IMG/VR virus record: IMGVR_UViG_3300045988_183236
Span: 35,677-99,676 of that record
Source of the DNA: a virus
Strand: one strand, 5' to 3'
Length of the DNA: 64,000 nt
The notes under the pieces were generated by a model. The model ran no database searches. It had not been told where the DNA came from and saw only the letters and a list, made by a program, of their open reading frames with translations. Shown one piece after another: positions 34,132-43,824 of the stretch. Position numbers and translations under genes: made by a program. Within the stretch, counting starts at the first letter, position 1, and the number at the start of each line of letters is the position of its first letter.

Positions 34132-36852
34132 TCAGCCGAAGCTAAGCTGTTCCGAATCAGTCGAGAAGAAAGTTGCCTTTTTCTTAGCCCGCTCTTTTGC
34201 GCTCTTGCTCATAGGCTTCTTTGCCCCATCCAGATGATGCTTGCTCTTGTACGAATAGCCTTTCCAGGCAGCCTGATAGGAAAGGTAGCCATATCCGTTA
34301 GCATTGTCCAGGACCTTATCAGTAGCCGTCTCGACCACAACATAGCGCGGCTGATTGGGCTTTGAAAGTTCAGGACTCTTCACGACACGGTAACTCTTCT
34401 TTTCATCTGCACCGTACTTGGAAAACGGCAATGTGGATTCCTTTTGGGGTTTGGCTTTTGCCTTGGTATTTTCGGTATTTCCCTCGACGGAATCCACCAG
34501 TTCAGAGTCAAAGAACGCCTCATCAAGAGGTACGTTGGGGCTGTTCTGCTTCTTTGCTTCTTCGATTTTCTGATACATGGCATCTTCGGCGCGGCGCATC
34601 TTCCAAACCTTGATGAGGGCTTTTTCCGGGAACGTGATGGTCAGTCCCTTTTCCGCCAGCATCTTTCGGACAGCAGGCGTAGCGAAAGACTTGTATTTTG
34701 CATACGGTCCTTCTTTGTGCTGCTCGATTTCATGGCTTACCTGAGTCATGTATTCCTCAAACGCCTTGTTCTGGTCGAGCCAGAACTCGACTTCGGAATA
34801 AGGAGAATCATGGTCCACGGTTTTTTGAAGTTCGCAACTCTTCGCATAAGCAAGACAAGCGTCTTTCACATCGGCAAAACCAAGCCCAAAATTATCGTTC
34901 AGAGTGTTTCGGCGTGCTCCATCCATCACGAAATAACGGCTTCCTTGCTTGATGATGGCGATACCATCTCCGGAAGTGATGGCGGTGGGTTCTTCCGCAT
35001 ATCCGTCGTCAGTCCAGCGGTCGATAATCGATGCCGTATCCTGTACAAAGCCTTTTCGGCAAGTGTAATAATCTGCGCCGTTGTAAGCTCGTTTCGTGAT
35101 GCACTTGAGGATTGCGTCAATCAGAGCGTCCTTATCCTTGATTTTTACGCTGTACATCAGGTTACTTTTCACGTTCCAGACAACGCCATATGGCAGCCCC
35201 AATGCCATCATGGAACACGCACACTGCAGAAAATGCTTGTGTGCCAGACTGCTGATGAACTTGATGCAGTAGACGGTGCTGTTCTTTACGACATCCGCAA
35301 GGCCCGAGGCATAAATCACTTTATGGTCATTAGTATGGATGTCGATATCTCCGCGTGCCTGAACATACTCATCGGGAGTGAACACGGTGCCAAGCCGCAT
35401 ACTGAGCGACATTTTGGCTTTTGCGCTCACAAAAGGAGGCTTGACCTGTTTTACATACCGGCACTGATTCGTTTCGAGTGCTGTGAGCAGTAGAACCTTA
35501 TCCTCGACCGTTGCGCCTTTCTTGATTTTCAAATACTGCATGTCCTTGTGTAGGTCCATGTAATAAGCGAGTGCGTCATCGATATCATAGGAATTAAAGA
35601 AGCCTGCCTGCATGTAGATACTGATACAGGGGGATAAATCAATCATTGCATCTGCCGTCTGGATATCAATGGTCGTGGTATCATTACGTTCAATCGGTGT
35701 GACTTCCAACAGCTTATAGCAGGCATCTACATCCTCGATGAATTTATGGTCAAACATTTCAGAGAATGCGAACGGATGCGGAAATCCGCGAAGAGTTTCA
35801 GTTGGGGTCATCAGAGATTTATCGCTCAACGGATGGTCTGAGTTTACGAAAATGATTCGCTGCTTTCCTCGGCTTGCTGCGACACAAAACAGATTCCGAA
35901 GAATCTCATATCGTGCCATCGGTTTGTTTGTGCGAGACGACCAGTATTCTTCCGTGAAATCAAACACAACGCAGATAGGCCGCTCCATACCTTTGCTGCC
36001 GTCAAAAGTCGTGAAGATACCAACATCCGAGGAGGGTGCTACTGCTTTATTCCCGTCATTGTCTGCGATACTTGCATAGACATGATGCTTGTCATAGAGG
36101 TTCCCCGGTCGATTCTCCAAGTCGTTGAGCACCTTCGTCATGGCTCCAATTCGAGCACCCAGGCAAAGGACATTTTTGGGGTTCTGCTTATTCAGGAACT
36201 CTGTTACTTCATCGACCGACATCTGTTCCACGATACAGGAGCTATTTACGCCATTGATGGTCTTGCCCCAGATGTTGCCGAGTCGTTCTGCCAAGTCATG
36301 AGAAATACGGAAGCATTTCGTGAAAACCACCTGTTCATGGCGGCCGAGAAAAACCTGCATGAACTCCCAGACATCCAGCGCTGTATCATCGTAGATTTTC
36401 TGCTTCATATCGCCCACTGCGACGATTTGAAGGCCCGGATTCTTAGAGTGGATATATTTGAGCAGTTCTGCAATCTCGTCATTGATATCCTGATACTCGT
36501 CAATGATAAGAGTATCAATCGGCGGAATCGGAATTTTCTTTTCCAATACCATGGCAAGCTGTTCGCCCTGTCCGCAATTCCGGATTCCCTTTTTGTTCAG
36601 CAGCAGGCTTGCAAATCCATGATAGTTCTGAACCAGCACATTGCCATTCTTGATTTTGTCTTTGGCATCAAGTTTGAGTAATCGGTTGTAGGTCAAGTAC
36701 AAAATACGCCGTTCTGGTGGATATGCATCGCAGAGTACGTTGATAGTCGATGTTTTTCCGCTGCCGATGCAGGCGTCACACAATACGTTTTTGCCCGACA
36801 ATGCCAAATGTACGAATTCCTGCTGTTCGCTTGACAAGTCGTTCAGTGTCAT
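34132..36852 (-). CDS. UvrD/Rep-like superfamily 1 DNA helicase with long C-terminal extension
   Basis: Start MTLNDL (AAGGAG RBS); Walker A ACIGSGKTST, motif II LIIDEYQDIN; basic Lys-rich C-terminus. Confidence 0.65.
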   Translation of the reverse strand: MTLNDLSSEQQEFVHLALSGKNVLCDACIGSGKTSTINVLCDAYPPERRILYLTYNRLLKLDAKDKIKNGNVLVQNYHGFASLLLNKKGIRNCGQGEQLAMVLEKKIPIPPIDTLIIDEYQDINDEIAELLKYIHSKNPGLQIVAVGDMKQKIYDDTALDVWEFMQVFLGRHEQVVFTKCFRISHDLAERLGNIWGKTINGVNSSCIVEQMSVDEVTEFLNKQNPKNVLCLGARIGAMTKVLNDLENRPGNLYDKHHVYASIADNDGNKAVAPSSDVGIFTTFDGSKGMERPICVVFDFTEEYWSSRTNKPMARYEILRNLFCVAASRGKQRIIFVNSDHPLSDKSLMTPTETLRGFPHPFAFSEMFDHKFIEDVDACYKLLEVTPIERNDTTTIDIQTADAMIDLSPCISIYMQAGFFNSYDIDDALAYYMDLHKDMQYLKIKKGATVEDKVLLLTALETNQCRYVKQVKPPFVSAKAKMSLSMRLGTVFTPDEYVQARGDIDIHTNDHKVIYASGLADVVKNSTVYCIKFISSLAHKHFLQCACSMMALGLPYGVVWNVKSNLMYSVKIKDKDALIDAILKCITKRAYNGADYYTCRKGFVQDTASIIDRWTDDGYAEEPTAITSGDGIAIIKQGSRYFVMDGARRNTLNDNFGLGFADVKDACLAYAKSCELQKTVDHDSPYSEVEFWLDQNKAFEEYMTQVSHEIEQHKEGPYAKYKSFATPAVRKMLAEKGLTITFPEKALIKVWKMRRAEDAMYQKIEEAKKQNSPNVPLDEAFFDSELVDSVEGNTENTKAKAKPQKESTLPFSKYGADEKKSYRVVKSPELSKPNQPRYVVVETATDKVLDNANGYGYLSYQAAWKGYSYKSKHHLDGAKKPMSKSAKERAKKKATFFSTDSEQLSFG

Positions 36853-36874
36853 AGCCAAATTCTCCTTAACAAAC

Positions 36875-36910
36875 AAAAATGCCCCGGCAGCATCCAATTC
36901 AGATGCCGTC
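36875..36910 (-). terminator. rho-independent terminator
   Basis: RC TGCCCUGACGGCAUCUGAAUUGGAUGCUGCCGGGGCA + UUUUUG. Confidence 0.5.
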
Positions 36911-36938
36911 AGGGCACAATTTTTATCTTATTAGGGTT

Positions 36939-36966
36939 ATTATATCTGATTCGCACAGATGTGCAA
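36939..36966 (-). promoter_or_regulatory. TGTGCGAAT-class promoter (best example)
   Basis: RC TTGCAC-atc-TGTGCGAAT-caga-TATAAT (16-nt spacer). Confidence 0.6.
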
Positions 36967-37023
36967 GCTTTATTTTACAGTCCCCGCGCCGGGAAAGCCC
37001 ACTCCGTAAGGGGTAGGAGTGCG

Positions 37024-38043
37024 TCAAATAACGCGTCGCAGATACGACTTATTGATTTCTACCAACAGTTCTTCAATCTTCCCACAGTCTGGCTTTGCAG
37101 GAAGCGCAGTCTTCTTCACATCATACTGAAATCTCTTTTCGAGTGCATCAACAAGCTCAAAGAATTCGGGTGCGTACGACCCGTCTTCACGCAGGTACTT
37201 GCCGTTGCGAATCGCCAACAGTTCCTCGCGTTCCTTGTCTCGGTGAGTGATAATCTCGCCTTTTTCCAGAATATCGAACGCCGTGTAGTACAACCGCACA
37301 ATGTGCATCGCGTGTTTGTTGATGTGGGCAGCATCTTTTTGTGCTTTCGGATGCTGCGGCTGCTCATACTGGTCGATGGTCGTAGTCAGACTCTTTAGCA
37401 GCGACTTTAGAGAGGTGACTGGATAATCGTTCAAGCTGCCAGAAATCAGGAGCGGATGTTTGCCTTCTTCATCCGCATCTTCACTGATGGTGATTTCAAA
37501 GATATTATCCTTTCCCCATCCAGCAATCGCCCGTTCCAGACTCCTCTTCTCGAATTTGTTTTTGAGCGCCTCCGGCGAGACTCTGTTGCGAAGCAAACCC
37601 ATCTGCAAACGTCTGAGCTGGTCGTTTGCAAAGCCGCCATAGCTGTAGGCAATGCGCCGAGTCAAGAACAGTTCCCTATTGTCAAGCAGCATTTGGCCTT
37701 CCGGCGTCATGTTCACATATAGCTCCGGGTCATTGCCAAGAAGTTCGATAATGCTGGGATTACCCTGCGCAAGCAAGCCGACAAACTTGTTCACAGCGTA
37801 GATGACTGTATCTGTCCGGTTGTCAATGGCCTGCTCGAAGCGGTTAAACCCTAAGATTTCGGGTGAGCCTGCCACGCCACGTATATCGATATCGGAGCCT
37901 TCGACGTTGGTTCCGTAGGCATGACTGCCGCTAAGCGTTAGGAATAAAATGTTGCTCCCCAAGTGTTTGTTGGTGTGCAGGAAATCGTATTCCTCGCGCT
38001 GGACGATTGCTTTTAGTTCTGCGTTTGTCATAGGCTTTTTCAC
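37024..38043 (-). CDS. Pol-beta superfamily nucleotidyltransferase (GS-x9-SDIDI motif; MNT/CD-NTase-like)
   Basis: LTLSGSHAYGTNVEGSDIDIRGV matches hG[GS]x9-13[DE]h[DE]h; 339 aa. Confidence 0.55.
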   Translation of the reverse strand: MKKPMTNAELKAIVQREEYDFLHTNKHLGSNILFLTLSGSHAYGTNVEGSDIDIRGVAGSPEILGFNRFEQAIDNRTDTVIYAVNKFVGLLAQGNPSIIELLGNDPELYVNMTPEGQMLLDNRELFLTRRIAYSYGGFANDQLRRLQMGLLRNRVSPEALKNKFEKRSLERAIAGWGKDNIFEITISEDADEEGKHPLLISGSLNDYPVTSLKSLLKSLTTTIDQYEQPQHPKAQKDAAHINKHAMHIVRLYYTAFDILEKGEIITHRDKEREELLAIRNGKYLREDGSYAPEFFELVDALEKRFQYDVKKTALPAKPDCGKIEELLVEINKSYLRRVI

Positions 38044-38079
38044 TTACTTTACTGATGATGTTGTTGTTTCTTTACTAAT

Positions 38080-38109
38080 ATTATCCCACTATCGTGCTTT
38101 TTCTGCAAC
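38080..38109 (-). promoter_or_regulatory. promoter variant (TTGCAG-N16-GATAAT, core AGCACGATA)
   Basis: RC TTGCAGaaaaagcacgatagtgGGATAAT. Confidence 0.4.
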
Positions 38110-38154
38110 GGCAGGTGCCATTTGTTTGCAATCTGTACATATTTGCATCCCTAC

Positions 38155-38200
38155 AAAAAAGAAAGACCCTTACCGAATTTCGGTAAAGGTCTTATTGCTA
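38155..38200 (-). terminator. rho-independent terminator
   Basis: RC AAGACCUUUACCGAAAUUCGGUAAGGGUCUU + UCUUUUUUG. Confidence 0.55.
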
Positions 38201-38746
38201 TTATTTCTGGAGTTCCCAAATCTCAACATTCAGATTCCAGGCTTTTGCTGCATCGCTGATGATGTCCAGAACCGTATTCCAGTCACCTCCGGCAAGTCCG
38301 CAGCCTAAACCATATGGCAACCGGATAGTTACGTCCTGATACTTTTGAGCGCAGTCTCTAAAAAACGAGAACAGCGCAGCCGCCAGTGCAGCATAATTCG
38401 TCTGCCTTTCACCTCGGCTATAACCATTCTGCCCGAACAGATTCACGACATACAGCTTCGGTTCTACCAGAACCTCCTGGTAAGTACCGAGCTTGTTGCC
38501 GTCGTTTCCATAGCAAAACTCCAGATAGCGCTGATATACCACCGGCCATTGGATGCAAATTTGCATGGCAAGTCCAGCTCCCATTACACCTTTACAATTC
38601 ACTTGTTGGCAGATATATGTCGTCTTGTTCGTTGACAGTCGTGAAAAAATATTGCCATCGACAAAATTTACGCTCATCTCACTTACCACCTTTTCCAAAT
38701 TTCGAAGCATTCCCTGGATAGATGGTGTAGTCCGTGCCATAATCAA
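38201..38746 (-). CDS. macro domain protein (ADP-ribose binding/processing)
   Basis: YICQQVNCKGVMGAGLAMQI = macro-domain N-x-G-x-G-G-G-like nucleotide-binding loop; 181 aa. Confidence 0.65.
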   Translation of the reverse strand: MIMARTTPSIQGMLRNLEKVVSEMSVNFVDGNIFSRLSTNKTTYICQQVNCKGVMGAGLAMQICIQWPVVYQRYLEFCYGNDGNKLGTYQEVLVEPKLYVVNLFGQNGYSRGERQTNYAALAAALFSFFRDCAQKYQDVTIRLPYGLGCGLAGGDWNTVLDIISDAAKAWNLNVEIWELQK

Positions 38747-39086
38747 CGTTATTGTCTCGGTATACGAGCTCTACATTCGACATGCTGGTATAAAAAACCT
38801 TGTCTCGATAACGACTATCGTTGATTTCAAATTTGATGTTTTGCCCGTCGTCCACGATTTCGTAGCTTACGAGAGCGGATACGGTCCAAATATTGTCGTA
38901 GCGAAAATGAATGTAATTGTATTCCGGTTTCATCTCAGCACTTTCCGGTGTGGCCAATATCTGGTTCGGGATATCTTCGAGTTCAGACATTGTGTTACAA
39001 GTCACGGTGCTGATGGCTTCTTTGCAGCCAGCTAAAGGCAAGGCCAAGCTGCACAACACTAAAACAATTCCAATAATTTTTTTCAT
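38679..39086 (-). CDS. lipoprotein
   Basis: Start MKKIIGIV (GGAGG RBS); lipobox LALPLAGC. Confidence 0.55.
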   Translation of the reverse strand: MKKIIGIVLVLCSLALPLAGCKEAISTVTCNTMSELEDIPNQILATPESAEMKPEYNYIHFRYDNIWTVSALVSYEIVDDGQNIKFEINDSRYRDKVFYTSMSNVELVYRDNNVDYGTDYTIYPGNASKFGKGGK

Positions 39087-39100
39087 GGTTGTTTCCTCCG

Positions 39101-39128
39101 CTTGATTTTTATTGTACGCAACTCGCAC
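39101..39128 (-). promoter_or_regulatory. TGTGCGA-class promoter
   Basis: RC ...GTGCGAGT-tgcg-TACAAT. Confidence 0.4.
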
Positions 39129-39216
39129 AAAAGAAAAAGCAGCCCAACAGCCATAAGGCCACTGAGCAGCTCAATATAAACCCTATTTTGTGTTTGATAT
39201 CTGTCGTACAAATCTG

Positions 39217-39244
39217 ATTGTACGAGCCTCGCACATCAGGTCAA
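39217..39244 (-). promoter_or_regulatory. TGTGCGA-class promoter
   Basis: RC TTGACC-tga-TGTGCGAGG-ctcg-TACAAT. Confidence 0.5.
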
Positions 39245-39369
39245 GCCATGTCGGCAGCTACGCATCCTGGCACCTACGGTTTCTGCGGACAAAAGGATGC
39301 AGCTACGCAAACAAAAAAGTCCTACCCGCATTTTACTGCAGGCTTGGTTTGCTTTTTGCTCTGTGGTGT

Positions 39370-39690
39370 TTAGCCCTCAATAACAAAGGTGTAGCTGTCT
39401 TCTTTCATCGCGACAAGGCCCTTGAACGTCTGGTACTCAGCTTCGTCCAGGAATGCCTTGATGGTCAGGCTAGTATCCTCATTATCCAGCCATTCGGGAC
39501 GCATTCGGACAACGAGGTCGTGTAGCTCTCCGACAACATAGGCCATCAGGTCATGGTCGCCCAGAGCCTCGCCAATTACTTCATCATCGCATTCAACGGG
39601 AAAGCTGATGGATGCGGCAAGGCCGTCAAGTTCATCATCGTCTTTGGGACGGATTACAGTGGCTTCGAGTTTCAAAATACTGGTGTTCAT
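39370..39690 (-). CDS. hypothetical protein
   Basis: Start MNTSILKLEA. Confidence 0.45.
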   Translation of the reverse strand: MNTSILKLEATVIRPKDDDELDGLAASISFPVECDDEVIGEALGDHDLMAYVVGELHDLVVRMRPEWLDNEDTSLTIKAFLDEAEYQTFKGLVAMKEDSYTFVIEG

Positions 39691-39739
39691 AGTGAAATTT
39701 CCTTTTTTTGTGTGTTGTGCTTTATCTTTCGACATCTTT

Positions 39740-39767
39740 AATTGTATTTAATTCGCACGGATGCACA
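39740..39767 (-). promoter_or_regulatory. TGTGCGAAT-class promoter (in divergent intergenic region)
   Basis: RC TTGTGC-atc-CGTGCGAAT-taaa-TACAAT. Confidence 0.5.
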
Positions 39768-39982
39768 AGGCAAAACTGTGGTAAAGACAAGGCGCATAGA
39801 GCTTGTTCCGTCACCAAGCCGGAAAGCTCAAGAATCAATTGCTTTGCTCAAATATGTCATCTTGTGTGTTTTATTGTCATTTATTGTAAATTCATGTTTG
39901 CTTTTTGGTGCGAGATGTGCTATTATAATTACAGAAGATGACATTATTATACAGCAAATGACACATCTGAAAGGAGTACACC

Positions 39983-41869
39983 ATGATTTCTGTTAACCTC
40001 GCCACGCCCGTGATTTTCTATAAGCAGCTGCCCGGCATCGCTAAGAAGCTGGATGTGGATGCTGATTTTTTGAAAGGCTTTCTCACCAACGCCAGGTGTT
40101 ATGTCGAGGATGCCGGAAAAGGTGAAGTGCTTGAGCTGGACAACTCGGCCGACACGATAACGAAAGTTGTCGCAACCCATGCGAAGCGTTTTTATGGCGC
40201 GGAAGCCATTGTGGAATTCGCCAAGAGCAAAGGCGTGGATATTCCTGCACTGAACCATTTTGAACTTGGTGCAGATATCTCTGCCCATGCAACGGAAGAC
40301 CAAGTTGCCAACATCACTGCATTGACCGCACGAGTCGAGCGCCTCAATAATCGGTACAAGAGTCTTGCCCGGCTTGAAGCCCCGGACGTCATCCTGATGA
40401 ACGAAGCAAGGATGGTGCGTGACGCAGTAGAGCAACTGGAAGATAACAGCGGTACATACTCCCCGGCTCTTGACCAGAACGGGGTTGCCTATCAATCCCT
40501 GAAGGATATTGGGTATTCTCTTGTCACTGGTTGGGACAAGTCGGTACTTGAAAAGAACAGCAATAAGGATACGGAGGCCACCTTTCCCAAAGAGCCCGAC
40601 TTTCAAAGGCTGGCATCGCTGGTCAAAAAAGCCATCGGAACCCGCACACAGGGTAAGTTTGCGCTTCAAGCGGGGCTGACTCGTGGATATATCAGTAACC
40701 TTGCGAACGGCAACGCGAAAGCTCAGCCGACCGAGAATACCATCAAGAAAATTGCAAGCGCAACGGATGCTGTCACGGAGAACGAGCTTCGTATCGCCTG
40801 TGGGTATGAGCCCTTGTCTGACGACGGGAAAGACAAGCTCTCTATGCAGCGTGCAAGCATGTCTGATGACGCATGGCAGAAAGACAACGTGGATGCATTC
40901 CTCTCTTTTCTGAATGAAACGATTCCAATGTCCACTCCTCTTTCGTCCACTGAAATTCTTCAAGCTCTTTTCAAGGAAAAATACGGTGACAAGAACGACC
41001 AGATTCTGCTGGAAAAGGTCTCTGCCCCCGGCACCTATCGTGCGGAAGGTACGGCTGCTAATGTCATTCTACCCATTCGTCTTTGTTGGTTCAGCTTCAA
41101 GCGGATGCTGATGCAGACCCTCTATGTGGGACTTATCGGGCATTACAGCAAAAACGATGAGCTGTACATTACCGGATACATTTCTTCTGTGAAAGAGCTG
41201 CATGACGCGGTTCCGGCGCTGCGAGGCGGCATTGATGCGGCCTATGACGCGAGTCTGTCGGAGGGAATCGACATCATGAAGTTCCCGGTATTTTACACGG
41301 CTTCCAATGTTCAGGAAGCATACAAGCGGGTCCAGCAGAAAATCGTCTCCAAAATTGACGATTACTTTGCCAGCGAAGTGAAGGTTCGCGTTTCCGGCAT
41401 CGGCTTTTATACCGATACCCTCTCGGATGAAAAGTTTGTGGAATTCATGCGCCTTCATAAAGCAGCGCTGACCGCTCCTTCTGCTCCTATCGAACTCCGG
41501 GACATCTATGAAAACGTTGTTGAACGTCACGGCCGCCCTGAGGATTTCCTTGTGGAAGACAGCGACTTTGACTGTAAGGCTTCCGTTATCGCCTATGCGA
41601 TGAACAATGAGACGATTCTCTGTGCAGGGCTGGACATCTTTGACGGGATGCTGGGCAGCAAAGAAACCGATGCAGAAAATTGCTCTTGCGTTTCTGTCTC
41701 TGACAAAGAGTTTGCCCGTCTGCATTCCAAGTTTGGCCTCAAGAAAGAGGACGTTCTGGAAGCTATCAAGGCATACGCGCAGGAGCTCGGTCTTGAGTAC
41801 GGCCCCGTCAACTACTTCATGATGTGTGACCCGAAATATGCAAACGACCTTGGCGAGATTGTGCAGTGA
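39983..41869 (+). CDS. large protein with central XRE-type HTH domain
   Basis: 628 aa; GKFALQAGLTRGYISNLANGNAKAQPTENTIKKIASATDAV = Cro/C1-type HTH in middle; plus-strand. Confidence 0.6.
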   Translation: MISVNLATPVIFYKQLPGIAKKLDVDADFLKGFLTNARCYVEDAGKGEVLELDNSADTITKVVATHAKRFYGAEAIVEFAKSKGVDIPALNHFELGADISAHATEDQVANITALTARVERLNNRYKSLARLEAPDVILMNEARMVRDAVEQLEDNSGTYSPALDQNGVAYQSLKDIGYSLVTGWDKSVLEKNSNKDTEATFPKEPDFQRLASLVKKAIGTRTQGKFALQAGLTRGYISNLANGNAKAQPTENTIKKIASATDAVTENELRIACGYEPLSDDGKDKLSMQRASMSDDAWQKDNVDAFLSFLNETIPMSTPLSSTEILQALFKEKYGDKNDQILLEKVSAPGTYRAEGTAANVILPIRLCWFSFKRMLMQTLYVGLIGHYSKNDELYITGYISSVKELHDAVPALRGGIDAAYDASLSEGIDIMKFPVFYTASNVQEAYKRVQQKIVSKIDDYFASEVKVRVSGIGFYTDTLSDEKFVEFMRLHKAALTAPSAPIELRDIYENVVERHGRPEDFLVEDSDFDCKASVIAYAMNNETILCAGLDIFDGMLGSKETDAENCSCVSVSDKEFARLHSKFGLKKEDVLEAIKAYAQELGLEYGPVNYFMMCDPKYANDLGEIVQ

Positions 41870-41924
41870 ATCTTTCTGAACGCGGTAAGGTGATTTGCTG
41901 CCATATTGGCTGACACAATCAAAA

Positions 41925-41965
41925 AAAGAAGGCTGCTACCCGTGATGGGCGGCAGCCTTTTGTCT
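41925..41965 (+). terminator. rho-independent terminator
   Basis: AGGCUGCUACCCGUGAUGGGCGGCAGCCU + UUUGUCUU. Confidence 0.6.
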
Positions 41966-42068
41966 TAAAAAAGAAAACGAGAACGCCGTCGGCAACGGAG
42001 TCTTCGCAAAAGATGGTTCTTTTTGATTGCGGTTTTAATTATATGGAACCCGCAATGCATTGCAAGTA

Positions 42069-42521
42069 TTATTTGCCAGCTTGCTTTTTCAATTTATCCC
42101 TCGTTTCCATCAGAATAGTTCCAAGCCGGTTTTGACCTGGGATGTTCTGGCATTTCGGGCAGTGGCAGTTGCCCCAGTAATTGTCATGCCAGCTGGTCGT
42201 GTCTTCCTCAATAGGCTGCGTACCCGTTTCGAGGAGACGCTGCTTGAGGTCTTCATTCTGTTCGAATTTAGCCATCACCACGCGGCGCATCACGTCGTCC
42301 CGAGCCTCATCCCAGTTTGCGGGGATAGCTACATTGCGGCCAAAGCGCTTGGCAGAAGCCGGTGGCATGTCCGCAAACTGTCTGCGCTCTTCCAGTGGGA
42401 CCTTGTGACTCTGGAATGCTGCCTCGGCGTTCTTGTAACGAATTCCATTCATCACAAATTCGCAAGGATAATAGTTGCTCATGAACCAACTACGGTGGTT
42501 CTCTTTCTTAACTCGAATCAT
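42069..42521 (-). CDS. NADAR (YbiA/DUF1768) domain protein
   Basis: Start MIRVKK (AGGAGA RBS); SNYYPCEFVMNGIRYKNAEAAFQSHK...W matches NADAR family N-terminal signature. Confidence 0.65.
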   Translation of the reverse strand: MIRVKKENHRSWFMSNYYPCEFVMNGIRYKNAEAAFQSHKVPLEERRQFADMPPASAKRFGRNVAIPANWDEARDDVMRRVVMAKFEQNEDLKQRLLETGTQPIEEDTTSWHDNYWGNCHCPKCQNIPGQNRLGTILMETRDKLKKQAGK

Positions 42522-42543
42522 GCAAATTCTCCTAATTTCTAAC

Positions 42544-43098
42544 TCAGGCGGCACTTTTATCGCTGCCGTTCTTTTTCTCTGCCGCTGCACTCAACAGGCT
42601 ATCAAACAACTCAACTGCCGTAGACACAAACATCTGGCTCTGCATCGAGATTTTTCTCCGCTCCGGAGTCTGCCCTTTCATGTGTGCAGCGGCACTATAA
42701 ATTGCTGCCAAAACCTTGTGCTTCATCAAAGCAGATTCTTTGATATCCGCGTTATCAGCAGCAAGGTAGTTGGCAAGGTTATAGGCCCGTCCAAGCATCA
42801 GCTCATCGTACAGCGGAGCATTGTGCTGGACCATGGTAGTGTAAACAGCAGGTTGTTCTCCGAAAGTGCTGAATCGGATGCCTCGGAATCCAGAATTCAG
42901 CTCATACAAAAGCGCGAGGCGTTCGGTCAGAAATACTGCAGTTTCGGAGAGTTTTTTTGCCATTTCGTCAGGCAATGAAGCAGTATTGTCCTGCCGTACC
43001 GCGTGCAGAATTTTTTTGGCTAAAAGCCGTTTCGCATATTCCTGCACATCGTGGTCAAGCTCGTAGCAAATGTGGCTTGCTGTTTTGTCTGTACGCAT
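42544..43098 (-). CDS. hypothetical protein
   Basis: 184 aa. Confidence 0.45.
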   Translation of the reverse strand: MRTDKTASHICYELDHDVQEYAKRLLAKKILHAVRQDNTASLPDEMAKKLSETAVFLTERLALLYELNSGFRGIRFSTFGEQPAVYTTMVQHNAPLYDELMLGRAYNLANYLAADNADIKESALMKHKVLAAIYSAAAHMKGQTPERRKISMQSQMFVSTAVELFDSLLSAAAEKKNGSDKSAA

Positions 43099-43445
43099 AT
43101 GATTACCTCCTGGTTCTTGCCGCCTTCTGTTGTTCGACCCACGCTTCGGCTTCCTCTACTGTGGCATACACTGCCGTCTCACCGCGCCGGGTAATCTGCT
43201 TTCGGGCATTCTGAGCTGCCTGCTCACTCTTGTAAGTTTCATAATTATGGAGCAGGACACCCCATCTATAGCCGTAAGGCTTAGGTGGGGTGGAATGCGC
43301 TTCTTAGAAAAGACTAAGATACAGCATTTCCTGCTTACTCAAATGCATAACGGAGTTCGCAGCAACCGAAGTTACTGTTCACCGAGGCTAATCAACCGGG
43401 CTTACGGGTTGCCCCGCAAGCCCCGCCTATAACCGGCGAACCGGT

Positions 43446-43649
43446 TTAGGCGGGGTTGTTGACTGCCCGCTGCATCACAAATATGATGCCGGTTGCCAAA
43501 ACCATAACGCCAATGTCTCTGACAACGGTTCCGACCCGTTTATCATTGGTAATGTCCTGATTCCATTCAAATCCCCAACCAATCATAGCGACACCAACCA
43601 CAATCAAAATAACACCAACAATCGTTAAGCTTTCTTCTGATAAACCGTA
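43446..43649 (-). CDS. small membrane protein
   Basis: Start MYGLSEES; two TM helices. Confidence 0.4.
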   Translation of the reverse strand, partial: YGLSEESLTIVGVILIVVGVAMIGWGFEWNQDITNDKRVGTVVRDIGVMVLATGIIFVMQRAVNNPA

Positions 43650-43737
43650 CATAGTGCATTTCCTTTCTGCAAACAAAAAGTCCCGCACAAACAACTCATG
43701 CGGGACAACGATAAGATATATTTTTGGTTTATATTTT

Positions 43738-43765
43738 TCATTGTACGCAATTCGCACAGATTGAC
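43738..43765 (-). promoter_or_regulatory. TGTGCGAAT-class promoter
   Basis: RC TTGTCA-atc-TGTGCGAAT-tgcg-TACAAT. Confidence 0.55.
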
Positions 43766-43824
43766 AATAGAAAATTACAAAAAAATTCCCGCATGAGCGT
43801 CGCTGCTCACACGGGAAAAATTTC

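Noticed and set aside
34444-35493. 349-aa plus-strand ORF
   Set aside because: Antisense within the SF1 helicase gene, which carries conserved Walker motifs.
37024-38043. Calling the nucleotidyltransferase a CBASS cyclase
   Set aside because: GS-x9-DxD motif is shared by many minimal NTases; no effector, Cap2 or Cap3 genes adjacent.
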